A stretch of DNA of 58,482 bases, from assembly GCA_963733195.1 (NCBI GenBank), contig CAVTCR010000032.1, forward strand, positions 1-58,482. The letters are read 5' to 3'. This document shows positions 8,867 through 18,580 of this stretch, one piece after another. A model generated the notes under the pieces. That model saw only the letters and a program-made list of their open reading frames with translations. It was not told where the DNA came from and searched no databases. Origin of the DNA: an uncultured delta proteobacterium (GTDB lineage: Bacteria; Desulfobacterota; Binatia; Bin18). Every line of letters begins with the position of its first letter. The first letter of the stretch is position 1. The translations under genes and the position numbers were made by a program.

Positions 8867-9353
8867 ATGGATGCACGCGAGTTCCGTTTCGCAGTAGAAG
8901 AATTACAGAACGCTTACGTCCATTGCATCGATAGCGATCGGCTCGAAGAGTGGCCGGACTTTTTTACTGATCCGTGTCGCTACGAGGTAACAACGCGTGA
9001 GAACGTCGATCAAGGTTTGCCTGTTGGCGTCATCTACTGTGATAGTAAAGGTATGCTACGTGACCGCATAGTGGCCCTCAGGCAAGCCAACATTTACGGA
9101 CCACACCGGTATCGTCATATGGTGAGTGCGGTCCGAGTCACCGGGGTCGAGGGCAATACAGTCACCGCCGAAACCAATTATGCCGTGTATCGAACCATGC
9201 TCGATCCGGTGAATTATGGCCACAGCGAGCTATACAGTGTCGGCATCTATCTGGACAGCGGTCGTGATAGAGCAGGGAGTCGCACGTTTTCGCGAAAAGA
9301 TCGTGCTTGTCGACACTGCACGAATTTTATCACTGTTAGTCACGCCGCTATAA
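8867..9353 (+). CDS. Second oxygenase beta subunit (NagH-like), frameshift near 9257
   Basis: Own AAGGAG RBS + ATG 8867; IDSDRLEEWPDFF, GMLRDRIVALR; C-terminus FREKIVLVDT..LLVTPL* in shifted frame. Confidence 0.85.
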
Positions 9354-9357
9354 AGGT

Positions 9358-9389
9358 TTGTAGAGACGCGACATGGCGCGTCTCTACAA
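9358..9389. repeat. GTAG-type REP palindrome
   Basis: ttgtagagacgcg-acatgg-cgcgtctctacaa; related copy at 27285-27312. Confidence 0.75.
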
Positions 9390-9429
9390 CTCATCGCTGG
9401 TCGTACGCAAATGCAAGTCCCCATAGACT

Positions 9430-9855
9430 CTAGCTTGGTGACGCGCCGACGATCCGTCCCAGCAGCACGCTTTGATGCCAGCAGATGAGCTTCCACTTTC
9501 CGCCCTGCCGGACCCAAGTATGAGTAAAACCCATAAACCGTTGTCGAAACCCAGCGTCACGCGGCTTGCCGCGAAACGTCGCGAACCCTCGTATGTGACC
9601 AGTATCGCCGATCACGCGAAAATGTACTTCTCGCGGTTTCCACTCGAACGACTCCCACAGCCCCTTCCCACCTGCATGAAAATTCAGGTGGTCAATAAAA
9701 TCTTCTTTGCTCATACACCAGGGAAAATCTTCGTCGAGGATATCGCACTCATCGTCAAACGTTTCCCAGAACGCATTGAGATCCCCTGTATTCAGAGCTT
9801 TCGTCCACGCCACGAAAACGGCTTCTAAATCTTGTGTAGACGCTGCCATGTTCAC
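9430..9855 (-). CDS. SnoaL-like/DUF4440 NTF2-fold protein
   Basis: 141 aa, THTWVRQGGKWKLICWHQS C-terminus. Confidence 0.85.
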   Translation of the reverse strand: MNMAASTQDLEAVFVAWTKALNTGDLNAFWETFDDECDILDEDFPWCMSKEDFIDHLNFHAGGKGLWESFEWKPREVHFRVIGDTGHIRGFATFRGKPRDAGFRQRFMGFTHTWVRQGGKWKLICWHQSVLLGRIVGASPS

Positions 9856-10502
9856 CTCCTAATTGTCGTGGCATTGCCTTGTCAATTCTCTAGCTCCTTG
9901 TCAACCTAAAGTTGCTGCGGTTCTTTCTGGTAGCTGGTAATCTCTAGAGCTAAGGTTTTCTGGCGGCGGACGATAGTAGAAGCATGCCCGCGAGTAAGTG
10001 CGCTCTACCCACCCCCACCCCCACGGAGCCGCTTGCTTGCGGGTTGTTACACAGGGTTTCCTGAGGGATTATCAGAAATAAGGAAGAGAGCGCTGCACTG
10101 AGAGTGATAGTCACAAGTGTCACGTCACGTACGCTCCTCATGCGCCCCTCTGATCAGTTGCCGTCTTCCTCCCCTTAATACCCTATCTGATCTCGAACTC
10201 GGCGGAGCAGCCGTTATTGACTCAGATTCCGTCTCGATCTACTCCCCAACTGCTTCCACGTATGCAACTCGCATCACTGAGTTGAAGGCTAACGATAACA
10301 GAGACACGGTGATAGATTTAGGGACAGAGAACGATAGATCCTCCCTGTCCCCTCTTTGTTAAAGGAGAGGACCCAAATGCCTCCTTCGCAAAGCCTGTCT
10401 TGAGCTTTGTCGAAGGAGGGGCCGCGCTGCGCGCGAGGGATTTCTGCCCGGAAATGCAGCAACCCCATGCGGTCCGATTTAGAGCAAGTACAACGGTTCC
10501 GA

Positions 10503-10982
10503 TTACACACTAACACCTAAGGTAGTTGCGAGTTCCTTGATCGCTGTGGCCTCCCACTCGCTCACCCGCGTGCCACCGATGCCTAGGATGCCGCCTTCCT
10601 TGGCAGCTTCCGCGGTCTTCTGTGCCATCGACACTAACCAGCGCTTATACTCCTCGGCCTCGGTCGGCGATTTCTGCGCCACTACCGCCGCTGCTTGCTT
10701 ACAGGCGTTGATCAGCGCGGCACGCGCCTCCTCCTGGTTCCTCGGTAAATCTGGCATCTCTGGTCTGCTTCCCTGTGCCCGCATCCCTTCCGCCAGAGCC
10801 TTGATGATCTCACTGGAGGTGCTCTCAGCGGTTTGCGCCACTCCTTTGGCAACGGCGAGCGCTTCCTTCATAGTCCCGATCGGACCGCTGAGATCCGACA
10901 CCGTCACTGCCAAGCCCGCCAGCATGGGCGCGGTGGAGATGGCTTTCCATTCTTCGGGAGTGTAGTCTGTTTGCTTTGACAT
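10503..10982 (-). CDS. Conserved hypothetical helical protein
   Basis: 159-aa ORF with AGGAG RBS; AEAAKEGGILGIGGTRVS motif. Confidence 0.8.
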   Translation of the reverse strand: MSKQTDYTPEEWKAISTAPMLAGLAVTVSDLSGPIGTMKEALAVAKGVAQTAESTSSEIIKALAEGMRAQGSRPEMPDLPRNQEEARAALINACKQAAAVVAQKSPTEAEEYKRWLVSMAQKTAEAAKEGGILGIGGTRVSEWEATAIKELATTLGVSV

Positions 10983-11030
10983 GAGTTTTCTCCTTCTAAG
11001 TATGGTGAAACGGCCTTTCTAGAGTTGCCT

Positions 11031-12183
11031 TCACTTCTGCACTACGGCGAGTTCCAACCGACGGTTCGTTGCTTTGCCTGCTTCTGTATCATTGGAGGCG
11101 ATCGGTCTCTCCTGACCATAACCCACGGTTGTTACACGACTCACGTCGATCCCGCTTCTGGTCAGCGACTCTTTCACCGCCTCGGCTCGGGCCTGAGACA
11201 ACTTCTTATTCTCCCCAGCATCCCCCGTATTGTCCGTGTGCCCCTCTAGCCGCACGACCGTGGAGGGGTAGGCCTTGAGGATGGAAGCCAAGTCCGCCAC
11301 CGTCTGCCTAGACTCCGGCGTCAACGTCGTCGTCCCAGATTCGAAGTTCAACTGGTCGAAGACAAAAGCCTTGGGGGCCATCGTGGGGGTGGCATCTGCT
11401 AGAAACTTAGCGAGGTTGTAGTTAAAGGAATTTTCTGGCAAGGGCCAGCGCTACCCCTCCCGGGAGTGTGATGTTGGCGAGCGACTGTCTGACCGCAGAG
11501 CCGCCTCCCCAAAAGGAATAGAGAAGCCCCAAGACTAGGAGGCCGAGCGCCGGCACTAACCACCGCCACAGCGAATTTTTCTCTCTCACCGCCGCAGAAG
11601 CCGCACGGGGTGCCGGACGGGTCAGATTAGAACCCAGATCTGCCAAACTGTTTAACCCCAGAGTACTAGCTAATCCTGCCGGGGCCAGCCTGGAAATGAA
11701 ATCCTTTTGGCCCAGCAATAAACTGGTGAGGCCGGCCGAACCTAGTCCCTGCGCAGCTTGTTCTTTACTCAACACCCCTAACAACATAGGGGCCATAAGG
11801 CTCAGGAGCGACGAAGCGGAGTTGCTTTTGATGCCACTGAAATTCGCAATAAGGTTAATCACGGCGCTAAGTTTGCCGCCGAATAGCGTGCTGAGAATTG
11901 TCCGGCCTGAACTCAACAGATCTTGGGTGCCGCTGCCTCCCCCCAACAGGCTAGGGATGTTGTTGAGCAGACTCCCGTAATCACCTTGATTAAGCAGGTT
12001 CGAGAGTTGTGTCGTCCCAGTTCCTGATGAGGCGCAGTTTGCCAGCCCCGCAAGCAGCGTGGGGATGGTCCCCTCGATGGCTTTCTGGGTTGTGGTTGGA
12101 TTCTCGCCTACCAGCGTGCTGACCTTCTGGATCAGATCAGGCGTGAAATAACTCTTCGTGAGTTCCAACAGATTGGTAGCCAT
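11031..12183 (-). CDS. DUF937 + OmpA/MotB-like peptidoglycan-binding protein, frameshift near 11435
   Basis: N-terminal DUF937-like helices and TM segment (11422-12183); OmpA C-domain EGHTDNTG..NKKLSQARAEAV..NRRLE (11031-11441). Confidence 0.88.
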
Positions 12184-12237
12184 AGCTCGTCTCCTTACAT
12201 AAAAGATTTTTTGCCTGTAAACGTTAGAACTGAATCC

Positions 12238-12351
12238 CTACTCACTTTGTCCTGTTGGCGGTGGAGACGCCTCTAACGGGTTACGGAGGCCCGTCTCATT
12301 TCTCACCAGCCACGCGGCCTCGACGAATTCTGCTGCAAGACGATTAGCCAT
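12238..12351 (-). pseudogene. Short ORF, possible aquaporin Z N-terminal relic
   Basis: AAGGAGG RBS; MANRLAAEFVEAAWLV resembles the AqpZ start (KLAAECFGTFWLV). Confidence 0.35.
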
Positions 12352-12549
12352 CGATAGATCTCCCTCCTTCTTTCCTCCCAAATATGGGAGTGTTATCAAA
12401 GTTCAGCCCTTTGAGGCTGACGTAGTCGAACTGAAGTCATGGAATGTTCACACGAGAAAACACATCGTTGGAAACATCCGTAGCCCCCGCGCGACGCCTT
12501 GGTTGGAAGTGATTATCCTCGTCTGGGAAATAGACTATTACTGGCTACG

Positions 12550-12598
12550 GTTCAGAGATAGGCGAATTGTTCAGGTTAACGTTCAGTTTTCGGTTCAG
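12550..12598. promoter_or_regulatory. Four GTTCAG direct repeats in a divergent intergenic region
   Basis: GTTCAG at 12550, 12569, 12581, 12593. Confidence 0.4.
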
Positions 12599-12779
12599 AT
12601 TTTCACAGAGAAGAACTGATGTGTTTCGGTGTGGCAGTAAGAAGGAAGAACAGCAGAAGCACGGCAAATGCTGGCCGAGATTTATGGCTGGTCAGCAATG
12701 CTCACAAAGTTCAGGGACATAAAAGAAGGGAAAGTTACAAAGGCGATCTTTTCACGAAGGTCAACAAAACCAGGAGGAT

Positions 12780-13586
12780 ATGAACATGCGTTTCGATGGT
12801 AAAGTCGGACTCATCACCGGCGGAGGTTCAGGAATTGGGCGTGCAACCGCAATTGGTTTTGCAGCGCGCGGCGGTGCTATCGCTGTCGCCGATATCAATG
12901 GCGAGAACGCCAACAAAGTTGTTGCCGAGATCACGGCTGCAGGAGGCAAAGCCCTCAGCATTGTTGCCGACGTCACCAAACCCGCGGACCTCGACATGAT
13001 GATTAGCCGAACGACAAGCACGTTCGCACGACTCGATTTTCTCCATAACAACGCGTTCGGTTTACCTGTCGCACCAAAAAGTGGCCAAGTCATGACACGT
13101 GCCGCTGATGTCGAAGATGAAGTGTGGAACCACATGATTGATGTCGGTCTGAATGCCGTCTTTCGTACGATCAAACGCGCGATTCCCGCCATGCGCGCAC
13201 ACGGAGGGGGAGCGATCGTTAACACGGCGTCGATATCAGGGCTGCGGGGAGACTACGGAATTGCTGGCTATAATGCTGCCAAAGCCGGAGTCATCAATCT
13301 TACCCGTGTGATTGCGATCGAGTATGCGCGGTCTGGCATCCGGGCGAATTGTGTTTGTCCTGGAGCGATTGATACCCCACTTCTTGCTCCCGCCTTGGAG
13401 ATACCAGGATTTGCCGACAAGTTTAACGAGGCAATCCCAATTGGACGCTTGGGGAAACCCGAGGAAATCGCCAATGTCGTACTCTTCCTCGCGTCAGACC
13501 TTGCATCTTTTGTGACTGGTGCCGCGTTCGTCGCCGATGGTGGCCAAACTGCTAAAACCGGCAGCCCGTCGTTCATGCCGGAGTGA
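12780..13586 (+). CDS. SDR family oxidoreductase
   Basis: TGGGSGIG, YNAAK, VTGAAFVADGG. Confidence 0.95.
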   Translation: MNMRFDGKVGLITGGGSGIGRATAIGFAARGGAIAVADINGENANKVVAEITAAGGKALSIVADVTKPADLDMMISRTTSTFARLDFLHNNAFGLPVAPKSGQVMTRAADVEDEVWNHMIDVGLNAVFRTIKRAIPAMRAHGGGAIVNTASISGLRGDYGIAGYNAAKAGVINLTRVIAIEYARSGIRANCVCPGAIDTPLLAPALEIPGFADKFNEAIPIGRLGKPEEIANVVLFLASDLASFVTGAAFVADGGQTAKTGSPSFMPE

Positions 13587-13599
13587 TGCTCGACTCGAC

Positions 13600-13658
13600 G
13601 GCAGGCGCAGCCTGCCCTACACCCCACTCGCACTCATGTAGGGCGGGCTGTGCCCGCC
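13600..13658. repeat. Inverted pair of GTAG-type REPs between convergent SDR genes
   Basis: ggcaggcgcagcctgccctac .. gtagggcgggctgtgcccgcc. Confidence 0.7.
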
Positions 13659-13705
13659 AACGGGCACGGAAAGCCATCCGTGTCTTGGTATGCTTGCGCA
13701 GCCGC

Positions 13706-14473
13706 TTAGACCACCGCCCCAGCACTCGTATGAATTGTCTGCCCGGTAATCTGACGACTCGCTGGAAGACATAAGAAGAGAATCGCTCCGGCAACATCGT
13801 CTGGTTGTGACACACGGTGAAACAGATTCTCCAACGGTCCGCTCGAGGCAACACGTTGCAGCGCCTCGGCATCACCGATCACTTGCGTCATCGCCGTGGC
13901 AGTAATCCCCGGTGCTACGGCGTTCACGTTAATATCATGTGGCCCCAGTTCTGCCGCGGTGCTGCGTGTTAATTGGACGAGCGCAGCTTTTGAGCTGGCA
14001 TAGGCGATCGGTGAGTTTCGCGCCCGAAAAGCAGAACTTGAACTGATATTGACGATCCGACCTCCACCCCCACGCTCAATCATGTGTCGAGCGACATGCT
14101 TCATCAACAGCATCGCGGCCTTGAGGTTCACCGACAGCACAAAGTCCCAATTCTGCTCTTCCATTTCGAGTAACGTTTGAAAGCGACCAGTGACACCGGC
14201 ACAATTGATCAGAATATCGATCCGCCCAAGTTGTTCGAGCACACGCGCTACAGTCGGAGCAATCTCCGTGGTCTTTGCTAAATCCATGGGGACCGCAATG
14301 GCGTTAGCACCCGACTGTTTAACGAGTGCGACAGTCGCATGGACACCATTTTCATCGCGGTCTAAAACCGCGACGGTTGCGCCAGCTTGGGCCAGTGCGA
14401 GCACAGTAGCGCGCCCAATGCCCGAGGCTCCCCCGGTTACAATTGCCCCTTTACCCTGCAGTTCGCCAGCCAT
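13706..14473 (-). CDS. SDR family oxidoreductase
   Basis: TGGASGIG, YASSK. Confidence 0.95.
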   Translation of the reverse strand: MAGELQGKGAIVTGGASGIGRATVLALAQAGATVAVLDRDENGVHATVALVKQSGANAIAVPMDLAKTTEIAPTVARVLEQLGRIDILINCAGVTGRFQTLLEMEEQNWDFVLSVNLKAAMLLMKHVARHMIERGGGGRIVNISSSSAFRARNSPIAYASSKAALVQLTRSTAAELGPHDINVNAVAPGITATAMTQVIGDAEALQRVASSGPLENLFHRVSQPDDVAGAILFLCLPASRQITGQTIHTSAGAVV

Positions 14474-14508
14474 AAGAGCCTCCTTTCAAAATCATTGCGC
14501 CGAACTAC

Positions 14509-15489
14509 CTAACGCGCGAACGCATCTAACGCTGCACGCACACTGCGATCGAGATCGCCCTCAAGTGGCATGGGGTAAACAATCACGTATGACGCTCCAG
14601 CTTTCTCAAACGCTTCGAGCTTTTTCACACACTCTTGCGCTGAGCCCATGACCGTACATTCTTCTGCCAGTCGCTCGGACACTGCCGCCACAGCTCCAGG
14701 GCGGTCCCCTTTTACGGCTGCACTCATGATTTGCTCAGCTTCTTGCTGAAAGCCGTGACGAGCAAAAATCCGATTGTAGAAAGGCATACTGCCATAGAAG
14801 GCAAGTTGTTGTTGGGCTGATCGCAACGCCACGCCGCGATCATTCGCTACACAGCAGTGCACTATCGGAGCGATCGTCACATCGCTTGGCACGCGACCTG
14901 CACTCTTCGCTCCCGTAGCCACGCCATCAAGCACTTCCTTCAGCATGCGAGGGCTATATTGAGCAGGCATACTGCCGTCTGCCACACGACCAGTGAGTTC
15001 GATACTCTTCGGTGAAACTCCAGCCAAGAAGACTGGAATATGACGTTGCGCCCGAGGCACCGCGAGCCCGGCTGCCGCCATCTGCGATAGACCAGGATGA
15101 TCCCCACGGAACACACTGCGCAGAGTGTCTACGTACATCCGCATCGCCGTAAGCGGCTTATCCATCGGCAGGCCATAAGCTTGATTGAGCATCGCGTGGC
15201 TCGTGCCAAGTCCGAGCAGCAACCGACCAGGTGCGATCGTATCAATCATCAGTGCATGGAGTGCGGCCTGAAGCGGTGGATGGAGAAAGATATTGAAAAT
15301 GCCTGTACCTACCTGGATACGCGAGGTCACGCTCGCCACATGTTGCGTCAAGGCTAAAGCATCAGAAGCTGCTTCAGTGACAAGAAAATTGCGAAAGCCA
15401 CGATCTTCGGCCATTTTTGCGTATTGCGCAGCACGCTGTACGCTGTCACCTGCCTGACCAGTAAACAAAAGCATACCTGGGGTTTGCAT
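14509..15489 (-). CDS. LLM class flavin-dependent oxidoreductase
   Basis: TSRIQVGTGI, GRLLLGLGTSH, GRVADG; GGAG RBS before MQTPG. Confidence 0.9.
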   Translation of the reverse strand: MQTPGMLLFTGQAGDSVQRAAQYAKMAEDRGFRNFLVTEAASDALALTQHVASVTSRIQVGTGIFNIFLHPPLQAALHALMIDTIAPGRLLLGLGTSHAMLNQAYGLPMDKPLTAMRMYVDTLRSVFRGDHPGLSQMAAAGLAVPRAQRHIPVFLAGVSPKSIELTGRVADGSMPAQYSPRMLKEVLDGVATGAKSAGRVPSDVTIAPIVHCCVANDRGVALRSAQQQLAFYGSMPFYNRIFARHGFQQEAEQIMSAAVKGDRPGAVAAVSERLAEECTVMGSAQECVKKLEAFEKAGASYVIVYPMPLEGDLDRSVRAALDAFAR

Positions 15490-15734
15490 CGATTTCTCCT
15501 TGTCTTGCTTCTGCTTCGTATAGTCTACTATGCCCCGTGCCTCAATAGCGGAGTTCCGCAAGAAGGCCGCATTATATAGCTTGGCGGGTTACGGAAGTCG
15601 TACCACATACCAAAGCGTAATTTGCCGTTACCCATGCCGTGTTCTCCTTTTTGCGTGAATAAGGTGAAGAATGGCTTATCACAATATTCGTTGTCTTACC
15701 TTCAGGCTTTAGAATAGTCACGTTCGTAAAGGTC

Positions 15735-16082
15735 TTAGACCGCAAGTAGCCCATCGCCGCCTGTAAGTGGCACTGGCAATGGGTATTCCCCGCGTCGCAT
15801 CTCAGCATTGATCCCCGCTCCGGAATTCAGCGTCGTCACCATCTGTATGAGTCAGTGCCGCAACGTGCATTGAGGGAAGCTGCTCGAAAGGTGGGGCTCG
15901 CCAAACCTGCCAATCCACACATTTTGCGTCACTCGTTTGCCACGCCTCTCTTGGAGGCGGGTTATGATATTCGCACGATTCAAGAGCTACTCGGCCGTCG
16001 TGATGTCAGCACCACCATGATCTACAAGCATGTCTTGAACCGCGGCGGTCGAGGTGTGGCCAGTCCTGCGGATCGACTGTAA
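15735..16082 (+). pseudogene. intI: Integron integrase C-terminal remnant
   Basis: [18 protein letters not shown] integron-specific insert, [35 protein letters not shown]; internal stop, LGH changed to LGR, N-terminus absent. Confidence 0.9.
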
Positions 16083-16103
16083 GGCGCGGCAGGTGACGAG
16101 AAT

Positions 16104-16246
16104 ATGCGGACCAGATTAACATTGCATCCGGATCAAGACGGTGCTAAGCAGCTGCGAGAGCAGTATGGGGAGCGGCTGGTGTGCGTACGCGCTACGACAA
16201 GGCGAGGAAAGAGCGGTGGAAGACGGTGGAACTGATTATCGAAAAG
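16104..16246 (+). pseudogene. Small hypothetical protein truncated by IS66
   Basis: MRTRLTLHPDQDGAKQLREQYGERLVCVR / RYDKARKERWKTVELIIE (frameshifted), cut at the IS end. Confidence 0.55.
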
Positions 16247-17776
16247 GTGTGCGTTCACGGGATGGACTGCTAGGGAAATGCGAGTCAGCCCGGTTGAGGA
16301 ATCAATGCCGGGGGAACCGCGTTGTGGGAAAAGGCACGACAACACGCGGTGAGATAAGCAAAGGCATTTTGCTGGAGTTGCTGACACGTGGCGAGCACGG
16401 TGAGAATACTCTCGACAAAGCGACTGCCGCGCTCACTGGCCGTGCCATAACTGGTCTTGCGCCACTGCACGGGATGGCGAAGGCTGCGCTCAGCACTATT
16501 GTTCGTCTCCGAGATTTCCGGAATCCGCACGAAAGTCCATAAAGCGCGCTCTTTGGCTAAGAGTTCTCGACACGTCGCCGCGGTTTTCTTACACCGCACC
16601 CGCGTGCCCCACTCTAGCTCTTGGCGAAACGACCGGCGTAAGCCTCCCAGCTGCACTTGCCATGTGCGCCGACTCCATTTGCCCTCGCGTAACCAGCGCC
16701 GCCACGCAAAGAGGACGTCCGCATGTTCGAGTAATTGTTCGCCGACTTTGCGACCAAGCCCTCCCCGATCAATCATGGCCTGTGTATCTCTGCGCAGATG
16801 CGCCCAGCACAATTGACGTTGACGGAGTGGATAACAGTCATAGGCTCTAGCCCGATCACTGCCAATGATCCCGGCGTAGTCCTCCCCTAACAACTCCTTG
16901 AGGACTTTTGCCCCACGTGAGTGACGAATGGCATAGACACTGGACTGCGGCGTGACGACCGTCCATAACCACGCCCGCCGATTCGCTTCCCGCCAGCGTG
17001 TCTCATCCACATTCGTATCGCTCCACCGCACCGCGTCACGCACGTCATCGACTGGCTCTCTCACCGCCCGTGTCACGACTTGTTCTAACGCGCAGACTTC
17101 GCCAATTGATAAGGGAATCCCCCACACTTCGCGACTGAAATGCGCGATCCTGCGTTTGCTCATCCGATAGGCTCCACTACAGAGCGCCACAATACTGGTG
17201 AAACGCGGACCATAGCCAGTCGACGGAACGCCGACCGGTAATTCCCCACACGTCGAGATCCCACAATGCTCACACGCTAATCGCTGTTGTTGATATTCCG
17301 TCACGTGCGGCACCGGGGGGGGGAGTTCCACCACTTGATGACGATGGGGCTGGGAATCCGTTCCCTGTAACGTTCGCCCGCACCGCCGACAGTGCGTCGG
17401 CGTACAGACAACCACTTCATCCACTTGGTCCACCGGCACTAACGTGCGGTGATGGGCAGGATGTCCAGGTTGTCCGCCCCGTTTCCGGCCTGAGGATGGA
17501 TGGGGTGGTTTCCGCTTCACGTGCGGCCCATCACTCGACGGTGGCTTAGAGGAGTTCTGCGACGATTGATTCAGCCGCGCTTTCAACTCCGCCACTTCCG
17601 TTTCCAAACTGGCAATCCGTCCTTCATACCGATCCAGTACCACCCAGAGCACTGCTTGCACGTGCGGCGGAATCTGCTCCCATAATTCGACCGGAATTGG
17701 CGGGGGGCGTTCCATACTGGGCGTTCTCTTACTCCACTTCTAGCATTCGACGCAAGTCTGACCGGTGAACGCACAC
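16247..17776 (-). mobile_element. IS66 family element (single-ORF, ISBst12-like)
   Basis: 12-bp IRs gtgtgcgttcac / gtgaacgcacac; no 8-bp TSD visible. Confidence 0.9.
16285..17715 (-). CDS. IS66 family DDE transposase (intact, 476 aa)
   Basis: NSSKPPSSD, GGQPGH, zinc ribbon, DET, QLCWAHL, TNNSAERSLR. Confidence 0.95.
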   Translation of the reverse strand: MERPPPIPVELWEQIPPHVQAVLWVVLDRYEGRIASLETEVAELKARLNQSSQNSSKPPSSDGPHVKRKPPHPSSGRKRGGQPGHPAHHRTLVPVDQVDEVVVCTPTHCRRCGRTLQGTDSQPHRHQVVELPPPVPHVTEYQQQRLACEHCGISTCGELPVGVPSTGYGPRFTSIVALCSGAYRMSKRRIAHFSREVWGIPLSIGEVCALEQVVTRAVREPVDDVRDAVRWSDTNVDETRWREANRRAWLWTVVTPQSSVYAIRHSRGAKVLKELLGEDYAGIIGSDRARAYDCYPLRQRQLCWAHLRRDTQAMIDRGGLGRKVGEQLLEHADVLFAWRRWLREGKWSRRTWQVQLGGLRRSFRQELEWGTRVRCKKTAATCRELLAKERALWTFVRIPEISETNNSAERSLRHPVQWRKTSYGTASERGSRFVESILTVLATCQQLQQNAFAYLTACCRAFSHNAVPPALIPQPG

Positions 17777-17866
17777 CCCTTCAGAACAGGAGCAGAGGAG
17801 GGTTGCAGGTTGGTGCCTTTGGAGATACGCTTACCAATACGTTTAACAGTGCTCTAGAGGGTTCCC

Positions 17867-18148
17867 ATGGCAAAGCTCCCCAACATTCTGCCCGTGACAG
17901 ATTTACGCCAAGACGCAGCCGCTGTACTCAAGCGTGTGTGCCGCTCGAAAGAGCCGCTGGTTATTACCCAGCGGGGACGCGCTGCAGCGGTCCTCCTCAG
18001 TGCGGAGGTGTACCAGCAGGCTGAACATGAACGGCAACTGCTTCGGCTCCTGGCTCGCGGCGAGAAAGAGATTGCCGAAGGGAAAGGCTATGACCTCGCC
18101 ACGGTGTTGGCCGAAGCTGATGCACTGCTTGGGGCTGAAGAGTTGTGA
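17867..18148 (+). CDS. Phd/YefM family antitoxin
   Basis: PVTDLRQ..EPLVITQRGRAAAVLLS. Confidence 0.92.
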   Translation: MAKLPNILPVTDLRQDAAAVLKRVCRSKEPLVITQRGRAAAVLLSAEVYQQAEHERQLLRLLARGEKEIAEGKGYDLATVLAEADALLGAEEL

Positions 18149-18435
18149 CGGTTCGCTTCACGCCCTCTGCTCGGGTGCAGTTTCTGGCCGCTGTGGCGTA
18201 CATCCGCCGTGATAACCCGACGGCCGCGGGTCAGTTTCGCCGTCGAGCAGAGCGGGTGTTGCGCCGGCTCCAACGGTTTCCCAACTCAGGCCGCGTCATC
18301 CTTGAGTTTCCTGAATTACCCTACCGTGAGGTGATTATTGCACCCTACCGCTTTTTCTATCGCCGTGAAGGTGAGATTGTCTGGGTTGTCGGTGTTTGGC
18401 ATGGTGCACAACTACCTGACCAACCGCTGGAGTGA
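18145..18435 (+). CDS. RelE/ParE family toxin
   Basis: GTGA overlap with antitoxin; FPNSGR..YREVII.PYRFFYR..VWHGA. Confidence 0.92.
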   Translation: MTVRFTPSARVQFLAAVAYIRRDNPTAAGQFRRRAERVLRRLQRFPNSGRVILEFPELPYREVIIAPYRFFYRREGEIVWVVGVWHGAQLPDQPLE

Positions 18436-18441
18436 GGTGGC

Positions 18442-18542
18442 GCCTAACTGAGCTGCTCCACCCCGACCGCGGCCCGCGAGCGGTTCTGAGTAAATGTGAG
18501 AGGACACAGTGGGGCCGCGGCGGGTGAGCAGCGGCGTTAGGT
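18442..18542 (+). other. attC site (integron cassette recombination site)
   Basis: GCCTAAC (RYYYAAC) .. GTTAGGT (GTTRRRY), internal dyad ctgctccaccc..ccgcggccc / gggccgcgg..gggtgagcag; just after toxin stop. Confidence 0.85.
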
Positions 18543-18580
18543 GCTTCAGAGACTCAACTCAGAGACTGGAAAGGAAGCGT

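Noticed and set aside
7592-9433. Natural alpha-beta fusion Rieske oxygenase (613-aa ORF)
   Set aside because: The beta part has its own AAGGAG RBS and ATG at 8867 and the assembly is indel-rich, so a lost stop is more likely. Read-level checking would settle it.
9950-10516. Small ORFs in the 9.9-10.5 kb gap
   Set aside because: Partly built from palindromic repeat sequence (for example PSFDKAQDRL); no coding support.
15735-16082. Phage integrase or XerC/D serving the capsid-like module
   Set aside because: It carries the integron-specific insert, is 12 kb away across host genes, and is linked to attC sites.
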